Origin: Geosiphon pyriformis uo1
Taxonomy: Eukaryota; Fungi; Glomeromycota
Assembly: GCA_016748015.1 (NCBI GenBank)
Contig: JAAOMT010000134.1
Span: 874,757-938,756, forward strand
Length of the DNA: 64,000 nucleotides
Direction: 5' to 3'
The notes under the pieces were generated by a model. The model saw only the letters and a list, made by a program, of their open reading frames with translations, searched no databases and was not told the origin of the DNA. Numbering within the stretch: the first letter of the stretch is position 1; every line of letters starts with the position of its first letter. Made by a program: the position numbers and the translations under genes. Positions 12,947 to 26,501 of the stretch are shown piece after piece.

Positions 12947-14690
12947 ATGGCTATCCCACAGGAACCGTTGAATGGGGATGTGGAAGAGAACCCTCGCCAG
13001 TTTTCCTCGTCAAGAACACCCCGTGGCAAAGGTCACAAGAACGGTGCAGCCTCACCTATCCAATTAGAAGAGTATTTGCGCATTTTCATTCAGGCATTCG
13101 ACAAAAATCGGCGTGATCCTGTTTTTAAGCTCAAAATTAGTGTATGCGTTTTTGAGTAATTGCAACAGGTTATCGCGTGATTTGAGCTTATGTTCATAAT
13201 TCTTTTTTACTAACATACAGACGAATTTACCAAACTATCGACGGAACACTTATCCTTTAGTGGAACGTACTTATGTTGAATTTGAAAGGCTCTATGAATC
13301 CTTAAACTATAACAACCCGGAGTGTATTGTACCGGCCTTGCCTTTCGCAACAACTAGTTTTCAAGCTACCGAAGAAGATGAAAGACGAATCAAAAACTCA
13401 ATGCAAATATGGATGAACCGTATTTCCAGCAACCCTTTTTTGCAGCATGATGAAGAACTTAAATCTTTCATAGAAACAGATTTTGCAGTAAGCCCTTTTT
13501 TCTCGTGTATGTTTTACCGAAAAACACATTATCACAGACTAAATTATGAACTTTGAAATTTATGATGATAAGTTCATTCCAGCTACTAAACCACGCAAGA
13601 GAACGAGCAGTTTTCGAATGAAATTTTCTGGGACAGTAAGAGATGACGACGAACAACTAGCTGACGCTAGGGCAATTGCTAATACTCTTGAAGCACATTT
13701 GCTTGAAAATGCTAGAACCGTTCAAAAGTTAGCTAAAGTTCGCAAAGGTTAGTTTTTCTAAGATAGCTTCTGGCTACTTGTTATTAATTTGGAGATCCAT
13801 CTATCAGGGGTAGCCATATGTACGGCAGATCTTGGGGCCAAATCTATCGGCATGGGAACGGTTGAAAAACATCCTCCGTTATCGAGGTATGTTTAATGGC
13901 CATTTTTAAGGCTTGATCTTTCAAAAAAAATATTAGCCTCATCTTTAATATCAATTTCTGATAAAAGTGGTCTAAGAAAGTTGGGGAAAACATTACAAAT
14001 GATCAGCGAATTGCAGCAACTGCAAGCAATGAGCGAAGCTGCGGCTCTTGGGGACTTTTTCAATTATTATGCTGTGAATGCTCATGTGGTCAGGGTAGGT
14101 AGTCAAAGTTAATCTATTGAACAACTAGTTGGAACAATTTCTACAAAATGGTATATTATTAAATAAATTAGGAAACTTTGACGAATCGCCTTCGAATTAT
14201 TTCAGAATTTGAAGCTGCTGTCAAAGCAACAGTTAGCAAGCGTCGCTACATAGAACGTTTAAAATCTTCCACTTCTATCAAATCAGAGCGAGTTGATGAA
14301 GCTGTAGAAGATTTGGAATACGTACAGTATTTGAACTTGATTTTATACTCACAATTCGATTGTTTTATAGTGTTCAAATTTAATTTTAATTTTCAAAATA
14401 ACCAGGCCCAAAACTATGAAGCTAACCTGGGTGCTCGTGTTAACCATGTCACCAAAAACCTTCATAATGAGATTGATATTTACGAAGAAAATCGCACTCA
14501 AGATTTTATGAGTGCTTTTAAGGAATATGTGAAGAAACAAATCGTTTTTGAGAAACAGCAATTAAAAGAATGGGAGAATTTACGACCAGACATTAAAGCC
14601 ATAACCAAACGTAATATGCATGTACATATTATAGGTGATGAGGAGCTTGATCCCCGAGCTATGGCTGAACGTCTCAGTACTTATATGTGA
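12947..14690 (+). CDS. VPS17: PX-BAR sorting nexin, retromer subunit Vps17-like (multi-exon)
   Basis: Spliced reading TNLPNYRRNTYPLVERTYVEFERLYESLNYNNPECIVPALP...EEDERRIKNSMQIWMNRISSNPFLQHDEELKSFIETDF fits the fungal Vps17 PX domain, followed by a helical BAR region; GT-AG introns. Confidence 0.8.
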
Positions 14691-14881
14691 TCAAATGTTG
14701 AACATTCAAAAAAAATAATCTTAAAACCTGAATAACTATCTTGGGGATTGATCACACAGACGCCAGGAAAAAGGGTATGCCGTAGATTTTTTCCTTCATA
14801 TATTTATATGTTGTATTTTTGTAAGTAGATAGAATAAAATAAATTTGTAGGTGAAAAAAGAATGTATGGATCTCGATATTT

Positions 14882-15926
14882 TCAAATTTGCCCATTTTTA
14901 AAACTCAGGTCGCTGAATACAGGTCGATGGTCGCTAATATATATGTTGTCATCATATCTGTTAGAGGCAATACCATGAAAAAGAACCTTGGCCACTGTTG
15001 AATTTTTGTCGGATTTATTATTTGGTTTATTGGATTCCTTTTCATGGGAAGAGATGGGCATCAAAACATCCTCGTTGATGAGTATATAATCAATACGTTT
15101 TGGCTGAGTAGTTGGACTAAACCCGGTGAATGTATAAGATTCACCAAAAGAAGTGGCACCTGGGCGGCAGCAAATCTTATAACGAGTATCTGCAAAATGG
15201 GGTAGAAATCCTTCATCTGAAGGCGAGGAATTCTTTTTGGAGATGCGTTGTTTCCCAGTAAGGATCTTATAAGCATCAGAATCCTCTTCATCGTTATAGT
15301 CACCAGTCAAGATAATTGGGAAAGTCGTGAAAGATGTGAGATGTGAATCGGAAATAGATAAATCTCTTGCTTTTCTAAGCAAGAGTTTTGCGCTTTCAAC
15401 ACGAGCCAATTTACCGCGATCGTCAAAGTGTGTGTTGATGTGGTAAAATGTGACGTTTGAAACCAGATCACGGAATCTAATTGTCATTAAATTTTGAGTT
15501 NNNNNNNNNNNNNNNNNNNNNNNNNNNNNNNNNNNNNNNNNNNNNNNNNNNNNNNNNNNNNNNNNNNNNNNNNNNNNNNNNNNNNNNNNNNNNNNNNNNN
15601 NNNNNNNNNNNNNNNNNNNNNNNNNNNNNNNNNNNNNNNNNNNNNNNNNNNNNNNNNNNNNNNNNNNNNNNNNNNNNNNNNNNNNNNNNNNNNNNNNNNN
15701 NNNNNNNNNNNNNNNNNNNNNNNNNNNNNNNNNNNNNNNNNNNNNNNNNNNNNNNNNNNNNNNNNNNNNNNNNNNNNNNNNNNNNNNNNNNNNNNNNNNN
15801 NNNNNNNNNNNNNNNNNNNNNNNNNNNNNNNNNNNNNNNNNNNNNNNNNNNNNNNNNNNNNNNNNNNNNNNNNNNNNNNNNNNNNNNNNNNNNNNNNNNN
15901 NNNNNCAAGGGCTGTAGGCTTGTCAT
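14882..15926 (-). CDS. Endonuclease/exonuclease/phosphatase (EEP) family protein; middle lost in the assembly gap
   Basis: Motifs NTHFD, ILTGDYN, FTGF, RIDYI, SDHRPV. Likely start MTSLQPL at 15926, on the far side of the gap (start uncertain). Confidence 0.8.
15501..15905. other. Assembly gap (405 N)
   Basis: Run of N. Confidence 1.
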
Positions 15927-16218
15927 CCTCAGTCACAAGTTCGAGAGAATATCTTTCTACGTATCGTTACTGAGTCATTTATGCGTCTTGTCGTGCAATT
16001 CGAGCTGCAAATAGATTATCATCTGTGAGTTTTCTTCGCATTGCATAACAGTAAATAAACTTTTAATAAATTACAGCAGCAGACCACAAAATTTCCTTAG
16101 TGCCTCCCAAAAAAACATAAAATAGCGCACTGGATATAATTAATTCTTTTAATCATATTTTATTTTAATTTCCTGCTTTCTGTTTTTCACCACTTTCTTT
16201 TTTTCCGCTCTCGACAAA

Positions 16219-17505
16219 ATGTCAAAATCATACCCAAAAAATTCACCCATTGATACTGGAGATTATCATGAAATGACTTTGAAACAGGCAAAAGAACTTT
16301 GGGATAGTCCTCGTTCGCGTCAAGTTATTACCCTTGGTTCGGGGAAAGTTGGCGTTTGCGAGGTAATATGTTTGTGACCTTAAAGAACGGATTCTTTTTC
16401 AAATACCCAACATACCCCCAAAAAACAATTTCAACTTGATAGGTTGGTGACTCTCAAGGTTTTCCTGTGGTTTGGTTCACAGGTAGTAATCAAGTCCGTT
16501 TCTCCCTATTCGTTATTAAAAATCGATAATAAAGCTTTGATTTTATATTTTCTAAGGAAACATGGGCTCTGCTTTTACCATTCTTTTATATGAAAATATT
16601 GCTAGACGTCACCGAATACGCATTTTTTGTGTTGACCGGCCAGGGTTACTATTATAATTGTTTTTTCCAGAATTTTAATCATATTAAACAATTTTGAACT
16701 TACTTTTTTCTCTTTTTATAGATATAATGACACGGAAGACTGCTATTCGAAAGGAGTTCCTAATGTATTCGAATTTGTTGAGCTAATTAATGAATTGACA
16801 GTATTTCTTGGCCTTTATCAATTTGGTTTAGTTACATTTTCATTGGGTGCAGTTTTCGGTCTAGCATTTTCAATTCGTTATCCAGAGCGACTCAAAGGAC
16901 CTATTCATTTGATAAGTCCTTGGGTGTCGACTTCTACACCAGGTGCATCTACCTTAATGAACCGAATCGCGAAGTTTGCACCGAGTTTCATAATTAGAAC
17001 TACACTCACAGCTCTTCCTTCAGTGAATCAATTTCTTGGAAATGCATGGGGAGCTTTTGTTTCATTCGGCTCATTTGGAGGTGGCAATGGTAACGGAAAT
17101 AATAATTCAAAAACCAAACTTATTGAAGATGAAGAAACTATCATTATATATGATAGTCCTGCATTTACGATATCGCCAGGCCGAAGTTATTTACACAATC
17201 AAGTTTACAATAATGGTATATGGAATCTTCAAAACGGAAAATCTGGCCCTCATAATGACTGGATGATAGCACTAGAAAGAGTGAATTGGGGATATAAATA
17301 TGAAGACACTACTTATCCTGTGAGGGTATTTATTGGTGATATGGATGAAGAAGTTCCAATAGCAGCATGGGAATATATGAGCAAACGAATGAAAAATGTA
17401 GAATTTAAAGTGATTAATGGTGCTAAACATTATTTATTATATCGAATGGATTTTATGGAAGATTTGTTCGAGATTATTCGCAAATCTTTCAGTGATGATC
17501 TATGA
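16219..17505 (+). CDS. Alpha/beta hydrolase fold protein (4 exons)
   Basis: MSKSYPK...VGVCE|VGDSQGFPVVWFTG|...IFCVDRPG|Y..., nucleophile elbow TFSLG, acid residue in FIGDMDEEVP, His in GAKHY. Confidence 0.8.
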
Positions 17506-18539
17506 AGAAAATTGTTAAATGACTATTTTTTCTCGATTCTTTAATATCAAGGATGTTATTACAATTATCAATTACTCAATACTTTATGGCAATATAATTT
17601 CGATACTTTGTACATTAGTGTATTCCACCGATTTTTCTCCTTAATTTTAGAACTTTATTCTATAAATTGTATATATCATTAACTTAACGACATGTGAATT
17701 TTTGAAGAGCTCGCATTAAGGTGTTATTTTCAAGGTTCTTTCCAACTTTTTTAAACCCGAGTTTCCTTCAGAATTCCGGGATATAAATCTTTTTGAACAC
17801 TTTGTCACCTATTCGCGTATTGAATTAAATACCAAACTCAGATTAAATTCATATGGTTTGAGACTTTAACAATCTAATGTATAAAAATCAATGTTGAATT
17901 TACTTGCTTATTTATGCCATAACATCTAAACTGGTATCGAATTGAAAATATTATATTGGCGCTCGAACATTCGCCTTTAAAAAGACGTTTAAAAAGTATA
18001 CAACGAATCATTTAAACCTCAAGTTATCTTTGGATTAAAATGGGTGTTTCTCTTAAAAATTCAATAGCTAAATTCAAGATGCATGGTGTCGCGGTAACGT
18101 TGTTAGGTGGACGGGACTCATCTTCCGCTTATCGTTTTACTGTCGTTGATTGAGAGCCCATTAACTGAGGTGTTGTTAATAATTGAAGTTGAATCAATCA
18201 CAAAATGCTTTAAAATCTTCCTGCCTTTGCCAAACATTGAATATTCCAATGTCAGTTGCCATCTATTCATCAATATTTGAAGTGTAGCAAGATAAAACAG
18301 GAACGTGGAAATAGAGAAATTGGAAAAAGCTATTCCTAGGCGTTTGGTAATTTGAAAACACGAGAGGTGGGCCTGAACAATAGAAAAAGAAGCAGCAGTA
18401 ATACGAAACAAAGCCAATGATGTAAAGCAAACATTGAGAGGTTTTTATTCTAATTTCCGATTTTTTTAATTTTATTTTTTACTTATCAAATGACTAAAAC
18501 CTCTTACCTCTGTTTTGCCTCTTACCTAAGCTTTTTCCA

Positions 18540-19022
18540 TCATTCCTCCTCTTCCTCAAGGACGATAATAGGGTTTTCTTTAGTGCCTAAATAACCGAAT
18601 GTAAAAAGCCTGTGAGCTTCCCTGGCTTTGTCCTTGGCACCATCATACTGAACCATTGCAGCAAAAGATTTAATTGCAGCGACATGGTAAGTTGCCTCTA
18701 ACTTGGCCCAGCGAGGATTTTTAACATTTCCCATGAGGGTCATGTGTGCTAGTTTTGCCTCAAGGGCATTCTGGCGCCAGAGTTCAAATCTTGTATCGGC
18801 ATGCTCCTTTGCCTCCTGATAATTGGTGTAAAGCTCTTTTTGCTGTTGGTTTAGTTGATTGAACCAGTATAGGTTTTCCTGATCCCTTATTTGTCTGGCT
18901 CTTTCCCATTTTTCTTCTAGTTTGGCAAATTCTACCAAGGGATGAACAATCTGGGAACCGGCTGGTTGCTCAAATTCAAAGGTCCCATTTTTCCAAATTA
19001 ATCTGCTAAATAGAAGCACCAT
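18540..19022 (-). CDS. Hypothetical intronless 160-aa helical protein
   Basis: ATG-initiated open frame with coding-like composition and retained CpG; CCAAT box upstream; family not recognised. Confidence 0.55.
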   Translation of the reverse strand: MVLLFSRLIWKNGTFEFEQPAGSQIVHPLVEFAKLEEKWERARQIRDQENLYWFNQLNQQQKELYTNYQEAKEHADTRFELWRQNALEAKLAHMTLMGNVKNPRWAKLEATYHVAAIKSFAAMVQYDGAKDKAREAHRLFTFGYLGTKENPIIVLEEEEE

Positions 19023-19089
19023 CTTGAAGTTGTTGATGTTGAAATTGTCGCTGTTGAGATTTAATTTTCAAATGTATTACTCTTTTAAT

Positions 19090-19100
19090 CTGATTGGCTA
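19090..19100 (-). promoter_or_regulatory. CCAAT box (NF-Y/Hap site) in a short divergent promoter
   Basis: TAGCCAATCAG, full NF-Y consensus, between ATGs at 19022 (-) and 19156 (+). Confidence 0.5.
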
Positions 19101-19155
19101 AATGTTGTAAGTTAGGAATATCCATATTAATCTTCCTTCTTTTCCACCTTATGAA

Positions 19156-20481
19156 ATGTCTGACGACCTTGATCTCTCCGAGCGACACCCAATTCATGAA
19201 AGTTTCCGCCGCCTGCTTGCGCGGTTTCCGTTGAAAATGTACCGTTCTCTATACCGTAATCCGATTCTTGAAAAATCAGTGCTTTATATCTGGGGGCCTG
19301 GTTGGCAAGGAAAGAACCAGAAAGCGTCTTTTGACCAAGACTGTCTGAAATGGCAGGTAAAAGATAAAAATTTTTATTTGTTAAATGTTGAGGTTTCCCC
19401 TTTAAATTCTTTAATTTGGCTTTTATCTTTTTAATTGAATAGACCTATTTCTTGTTCAGCGAGGTTGAGTTTGACGTGAAGAATGCTAATGAACCTCTCA
19501 TGTCTCCTTCAGGTACTACTTTTTAGAAAGTGTGATACTTTTTGAATCATGATCAAAAACTGGATTTACTGTCTTAATTAATCACCAAAAAAAGGGAATC
19601 TTCCATTCTTAATCTCAACAACTGGTGAGGTATTCAGTGAAGAACAATTGGAAGAGTATATTAAAATACATCTGGTACTCGTATTATTCTCTTTTCGGGC
19701 ATTCTTTTTCAATTCAATCAAACGAATATTTATTTTGACCAAATTTTTCTTGCCTGGAAATCAGCCGGAAACTCCTGAAAGCACAGATCAACAAATAGCT
19801 GATGCAGAAGCTTTTATCGCGTTGGCAGATACAAAATTGCGTACTGCTTTGGTAGATGGATGAAACATTGCAAATATTTGTTGCTGATTATTTCCTATCA
19901 TCAATCGATCACGTCGTTCCTTTCCGTTAGTTATTCTACTTGTGGTGTGAGCCAGCAAATTATGAAAAAACTACTCGTTCAAGATATGGAGGACATTATG
20001 CAAAGCCATTGAACCATATTCTCATGTGGCAAGCAAAACGGACTGTCGTGCAGGATTTACTCACTAGAAAGGCTATACTTGATGCGGACGAAGTATTTTG
20101 ATAAACGGTAGTTTCAAAACTCATGGAATACCGATTTATTTATGATCTTGTTCCTATTCCTCTTCTTAGATTTACGAAGAAGCAGCGGAAGCATTAAATG
20201 CAATATCAGTGGCGCTAGGCGATAGTGTATTCTTTTTTGGGTCCAGGTTAATATATATTAGTTGTTTTTTCTTTGTAATTTATTCACCATGACCTTAATC
20301 TTTTTTGATATTGAACAGCGTCCCGAAATTCATTGATGCCGTGATTTTCTCATACATTTACACTATCCTTTCAATTCCTACCAGTACTGCAAAGGAATTA
20401 AACGAATTGGTTCAGAAACATAAAAATCTGATGGAATTTTCAAGGAAGATTTACAGTAATTATTATGAACGGTTGGAATGA
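19156..20481 (+). CDS. Metaxin/Sam35-like mitochondrial SAM complex subunit (GST-like fold, 7 exons)
   Basis: RFPLKMY, SFDQDCLKWQ|TYF, MSPSGNLPFL, FFFGS..FIDAVIFSY metaxin motifs; no C-terminal TM segment, as in Sam35/metaxin-2. Confidence 0.75.
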
Positions 20482-20867
20482 TAACTAAACGAGGGCATAA
20501 AGGAGTTAAGTAGTTTTATATTAAGACGTTGAATAAGGAGAAATGTAAGATGCACAGTTTCTTGGAAACTTGGGAACTCGCTTTTTTATTCCCACTTGAA
20601 TAAATTACTATTATTTATCCAATTTATTTTAAAATGAGTGGATATTTTACTTGGATTAAAGAGAATTTTAAGTTTCAAAATCACCATAAATAAAATTAGA
20701 TAAACGTACATGAATTGATTATTTACTATTGTGACCAAAATATCGTGCTAAAAAAATGTCTTAAAGAAGCCTGGTTTCAACAGAACACTGCACTGTCTTT
20801 TGATTTTGTAAACACCTATATGAGAACCCAATACTGTTCAATAAGTGTATGATGATATGGGAAAGAT

Positions 20868-22129
20868 TCAACAGATCACGCAATCCTCTCTCTTTTTATT
20901 CTTTTCATCAATTGGTACACCCTTAAGTCGTTGTTGAGCTCGTTTATCCCCATGCTCGGCGGCTCGACGATACCAAACATTGGCGTCCAGCTGATCTTTC
21001 TTTGTGCCGATTCCCACCTCGGTAAAATAGCCAACCGCATATTCGGCTTTGGCTAGACCTTGTTCTGCAGCCCTTTTTGCCCATAAATATGCTTCAACAT
21101 CACTTTGTGGTAAAACCCCAGGACTGCCAACTAAATACCAAGCTGTCAATGCGAAACAAGCTTCAGGATGATCCTGTTGTGCAGCAATTGTGTAATAATG
21201 AATCGAAAGAGCAGCGTCTTGGGGACATCCAATTTTACCGTATTCATAACATTCTCCAAGCTTAAAGGCAGAGGGAGCATAATTGAGTTCGGCAGAATGG
21301 ACCAATAATTGAATTGCGTACTCGATATCTACAAACAAGACATTTTCGATCCCTCTCTCATGAAGTTCTGCGAGTTCATGCAACGCATGTGGAAACTCAT
21401 CGCTAGCCGCTTCAGCAGATCGTTTAAGCCATTTCGTTCCATCACGCGGATTCTTTGATAATCCCATTTCCCCATTTAATTCAGCTATTCCCAATCGATA
21501 CATGGCACCTGGATGACTTGCTGAAGCTGATTTTCTATGTTAATTAAGGACACTGGCAATTAAACAAAAGCATATTCAAAAACGATCCATCATGATATAT
21601 TCTACTATTAATTATACCTGTAAAATTGCAAACTTTTTGCAAAATCTTTTCTACAACCCCAACCATGTTCGTAACACATTCCAGCCCGATAAGCAGCATC
21701 CGGATGAGAATGTTTGCTGGCTTGCACAAATAAGGGAAATCCTTTATCAAAGTCGGGTTTACCCTTAGATGTGCCTATCCCATTAGCATAACATTCTCCA
21801 AGATAATATTGGGAAGCTGCGTGACCTCTATCTGCTAGCTTTTTCAGTAAAGCAATTCCTTCTTTAATTAAATCGTCCTTTTTCTGTTGATCAGTGACTG
21901 CGTTTGAAGCTTCGACCATAAAAGCGGCAAACTCAAATTGAAGTTCTGGATCGTTCGTCTTTTTGGCATTTTGACGATATAATTCGAGGGTTTGGGAATG
22001 AGATAGAAGTGAAGCTTTATGACCAGGTTTAAGATGGGATTGGTCTAGCAGAGGTTCTGGAGTAGGTGTTCTAATGAAAGAACTAGGCCTTGAAGTCTCT
22101 GGTGTTATTGAGGGCGCAGCGAGTGACAT
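20868..22129 (-). CDS. Sel1-repeat chitin synthase activator (Chs4/Skt5-like) with CaaX box; intron 21535-21617
   Basis: Multiple Sel1 repeats (ASQYYLGECYANG, AAYRAGMCYEHGWG, AFKLGECYEYG, AEYAVGYFTEVGIG); ends in DCVIC*. Confidence 0.85.
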
Positions 22130-23095
22130 TTTATTGTTCAACTAAGATGTTGGTTTAACTTCAGTGGGATGAATGAAAAGCGCAGTTGTCCAAAGTAAAA
22201 GATCTCCAACCCCAAAAAACCCTGTTTTTTATTAGATATGTTTTTTTTTGAAAAACTCGGCAAATCCAAAGATTATTGATTTAATATGCCGCGAGTCCTA
22301 TGTGGAGGGAATAGCGGGTGTGAAGCTAAAAGAAGTTATTTGAAATTCCAAATTTGTCAGAAATTGCCTGAAATTCAATTAAGATTCAAATCAGCTTTGT
22401 GTAGCTAGCTAATTTATAAGATTTTTAATGTGTGAAAGATCTAAACAGAACCTCAACCGAGAATCATAATGAGAAACTTCTAAGAATTACATCAAGACCC
22501 AAATAATTATCGTAAGATAGACTTATCCGAAATGGTAAAATGGGGAATTCAGCAATATTGCACAAAAGGAGAATTTAAGAAGCCCAATGTCAATTAATGG
22601 GTTTATTAAGTTTTTTTTTGCACGCCGACATATATTTTAACGTCATGATGATATGGACTAAATTTCGCGCAACCTATTTTTGCCCCTGTTTTTCCTTAAC
22701 AAACAAAGATCGCATTATTATTTTCTGTTATTTATGGACCCTGGGGGATAAGAATAACAGTTTTATGATGAGATAATTTTATAATTTTCAAAGATAAAAA
22801 AATTCCTTTATCATTTTCTTTGAAAGGGTTCTTGTTTCGTTTTTAGTTCATTAAACTCGTTTTCATTCATCATCAAAAAAAGATCACATTAAAGAAGGGA
22901 ATAGCATATTGTCAAAGTATTTCAGGTCAAAAAACCAAATTATAGTATCATATATTAGATTACCAAAATGTGACATATTCATCAATTTTTGATATAAAAA
23001 AATCATTGATTTAAGCAAAACAAATCCATGTATAATGTAATTTATCTTGCGTCAGATTTCTGTATAAGCATAAAGATAATAATATTTTTACAAAG

Positions 23096-23126
<31 letters not shown>

Positions 23127-23718
23127 CAAAAACTGTGAAAAAAACTTCTCCCAATAGCAATAAATCTACCAAAAAAAAATTTTTCATTTAAATATAGAAA
23201 AAAACAAAACTTGTATTTTTTATATTTTTATATATTAATAGAAATATACAAATATATATTTTTCCAATAATAATAATTAATTAAAAGTTTAATAAATTAA
23301 ATTTTTCAATTATAATAAAATATCTTAAATTACATTGCATTATGGGCTCTTGTACATCTTATTCTTTCTATAGATTTTTCAATACATTTGTCCTACACAT
23401 TTCTAAATTAAATATTTATTCAACATAATTTTTCATATATGTTATTGTATTTTTTGTCAATATATATGGTAAATTTTTATTACGATTTAAATTGTATTTC
23501 TGTTAAAGAAATATTTTTGTCTTCACAATTTCCCAATATTTCTAACCAACTATTATACCACTATTTGGGATTTGAAATTACATAATATAGACTGTAAGAA
23601 ATTTTTCTCAAAATCATATCACTTGATGAGTTTCTTCCCAAAAGAACTGATAATACCTATAGATGTTGTTGGCTTTGTTAAACTATAAACAGGAGAAAAA
23701 ATAAAACATTATGAAGTC

Positions 23719-24444
23719 TTAATAAATATAACGATACCCGTAACGTGCAGCCGAAAATAAACTTTTGTTACAATAGATTTGTAATTAGGAAAGTGAATTT
23801 CACGTTAATCTTTGTCAGTTTCTTCAAATGATTTTTCTCACCTTAGAACGGCCACCAATCCAGCTGGCATAAACTTCCCACTCCTAGCAAAACGGACTCC
23901 CATAACTGTAAGCAGCAGACAAGACACAACTATCGAAATGTATGAGATTAGACAAGACATATCAAAAATCGAAATAAAAATATTTTTCAAAGAATAATAT
24001 CAATAGTTACTCAAGGCGAGTCCGACATTCTTTGGATTCGTGCTGACCCGATGAGCAGCATATGCCTTTTTTAAAATTAAATCAAAGAAAAAACAATTGT
24101 TAAAATTATAATTATATAAGGGTAAAGATAGCTGAGCTTTTAACAAGACTTACAGCCAACCCTCCAAAAGTCAACCCAGCCAATAAAGAGGGTGTACTGC
24201 CTTTATATTGTATGAAATAAAACGGTGAAATTGTATCAATTTAAAGACTAAAGCCTAAAACAGATCTTAGAATTGAATTTATTGTATGCATACCCGCTTT
24301 TACAAAACCAATAATACCACCTATGCCAACTATCTGAAAGTCAATCTAAGGTTAGTTACGAAAAAAATTGTAATGAAAAAACTAAATTCAAAAGAAAATC
24401 TTTCAAGCTACAAGTGAATAAGCGTAACCAGGGTAGTCAATCAT
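23719..24444 (-). CDS. TMEM14 family small membrane protein (6 short exons; absent from the ORF track)
   Basis: Spliced by eye: MIDYPGYAYSL|IVGIGGIIGFVKA|GSTPSLLAGLTFGGLA|AYAAHRVSTNPKNVGLAL|IVSCLLLTVMGVRFARSGKFMPAGLVAVL|SLFSAARYGYRYIY*; all introns GT-AG. Confidence 0.9.
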
Positions 24445-24663
24445 GATAAAAATTCAAATTAAAAGGTGATTCTCCAAAAAAACGTATCCTTTTTGTAATT
24501 TTATGACGTATTTGTCATTGTTCTATAATTTGCTTGCGAAAGCAAATCGCGTGAGCATCGCGTGTAACTTTTAATAGATTAGAGTTAACTTGAATGGAGT
24601 GGGATACTATATACTCTTCAGTTTCCAATTTTTTGCTCCCGATACAAAAATATTATCGCAATA

Positions 24664-26238
24664 ATGGAGTGCAACATTTGTCACAATGTCAACCTCAAAT
24701 TTTTCTGCGCAAACTGTCTTCGTCAAAGGTTTCTGGTTGTTTTTACTTTGAATTTCTAAACTTGAAGTGCGAGTTCATCTAATTGATCTTACTTTTTTAC
24801 AAGGTTACATACCCATAACAATGAAATGAAACATCTCACTTTAGAAAAGCAACGTTACGTTGATCGTAGCGCAAAAGTAATGAATGGCCCTTTACGCAGT
24901 CACCAATCAAACTTGGCCGAGAAGCACAAATTAGCTCAGAGGCTGAACCATGTTGAAATTGAAACGGAACGTTTAAGGGAGGAGATTGGAAGAGGTTTTG
25001 ACTTCGTTTAATGCATGTATTTTGATTTATTTTTCTATAAACTAATAGTTATATTATTATCTATTTTGGTGGAAAAATAGGTCGACAAGAACTGGATATT
25101 TTAAAAAAGAATCTTCAAACGCGGCGTCAAGTTCTTCAGGAATCTCTCACATATTTTAAAAAATTCCAATCACATCAAAAGGCATCAATCACAAAGGACA
25201 TTACCACCACTAAAGAAAGGTGGCGACAGGTGCATTCAGTGTTTATTCATTCGAGAAAGGTGTTGATTGGCGAACTTGTATCTTTGTTTGACCTCAAACG
25301 AATTGTGAAAGAATCTGAGAAGAATGATCAAAAAATAGTGACGAGGGAGAGTCGAAAATTTTCTAAAGAAAATGGCACCGAAGAAAGCGACATATTACCA
25401 ATTAGGAATGGTATAATTAATGACGACGACGCAGAGTATTCAATTGCAGGAAGAACGTTACCAAAGAAGGGGAACTTCATAGGTGAGAGATAAAGGATAT
25501 TGGACATCGCCTTCTATATAAAAAAATTATCACTATAATCAATTATAGCTTACCCACAAGAAGAAATAAATACTGCGGTTGGACATGTAATACATATGCT
25601 TGGATTGGTCGCGCATTATTTAGGAGTGAAATTGCCATTCTTCGTGACACGCGATCCAAGGTCAAATTCATATGCACGCGGTACATTCCCCGGCTTTTAC
25701 ACAAGGTATTTGGAAATCCATTGAATATAGACAAATTTTCCTCTCAAATTTAATGACCATATCTCCTTTCAAAGAAAACGGCCACTATTCTTAACCGATC
25801 ACAATTCCCAGCTGTTTACAGTAGGGATGGCTATGTTGAATTATAATATTGCTTACTTATGTCATTCTCAAGGAGTTGAAATACCATTTAATAAAGTCCC
25901 TTATACCCTTCGAAATCTATACCATTGTTGTCATTCGGTAAATCTTGGAAGGTAACTTCAAAACGAATATTGAGTCATTTTCTTGAAATCATTACTAATT
26001 TTAATCTTATAACCTTAAATTAAGATATTCCCATCTGACAACTTTAAGCGCTTCAGAACAAACTTTTGCATTAGATTTTGAACAATTAGTAAGAATAATG
26101 TTCGCTCGAAGGAATGGCGATGATAGTCCAAGAATATTTAGTGCTTCCTTGTATGATAACTATTTTTATGATGGTGAAGATGATGAAGAAAATGAAGATG
26201 GCAACGAGACTTGGGATTTAGTAGAAATGGTTGTATAA
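24664..26238 (+). CDS. Atg14/UVRAG family PI3K complex subunit (multi-exon)
   Basis: N-terminal CNIC...CANC Cys pairs, coiled coil, ELVSLFDL, INTAVGHVIHMLGLVAHYLGVKLPF, GMAMLNYNIAYLCHSQG. Confidence 0.78.
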
Positions 26239-26501
26239 TAATTATTTAAAATTTTCAATTCCTAATTGTACGTTATGAAAATTCTTGACGTCCTTAAAAT
26301 TCTCGCAAGCCTAATCAAGGCTATATTCGACAGTTCTTAGGTGGAAAATATAAAATTAAATTCAAGATCAAATACAAGTTTTTTCTCGCTAAATTGGAGC
26401 TTTTAGTATTACTCTCAACAAAAACTAAATTATTTTTGATTAAATAAAAGATTAAACAGTCGAAGGAATCAAGAATCACGGGAAAAATGAAATTTTCACC
26501 A

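Noticed and set aside
15477-16014. ORFs full of X
   Set aside because: Artefacts of the N gap
17690-17760. AATTTTTG Sm-site-like motif suggesting an snRNA
   Set aside because: No recognisable snRNA structure or conserved loops nearby
18118-18417. 99-aa minus-strand ORF
   Set aside because: Non-ATG start and no recognisable motif
24484-24492. GTATCCTTT U12-like donor
   Set aside because: Intergenic, with no good branch site or coding context
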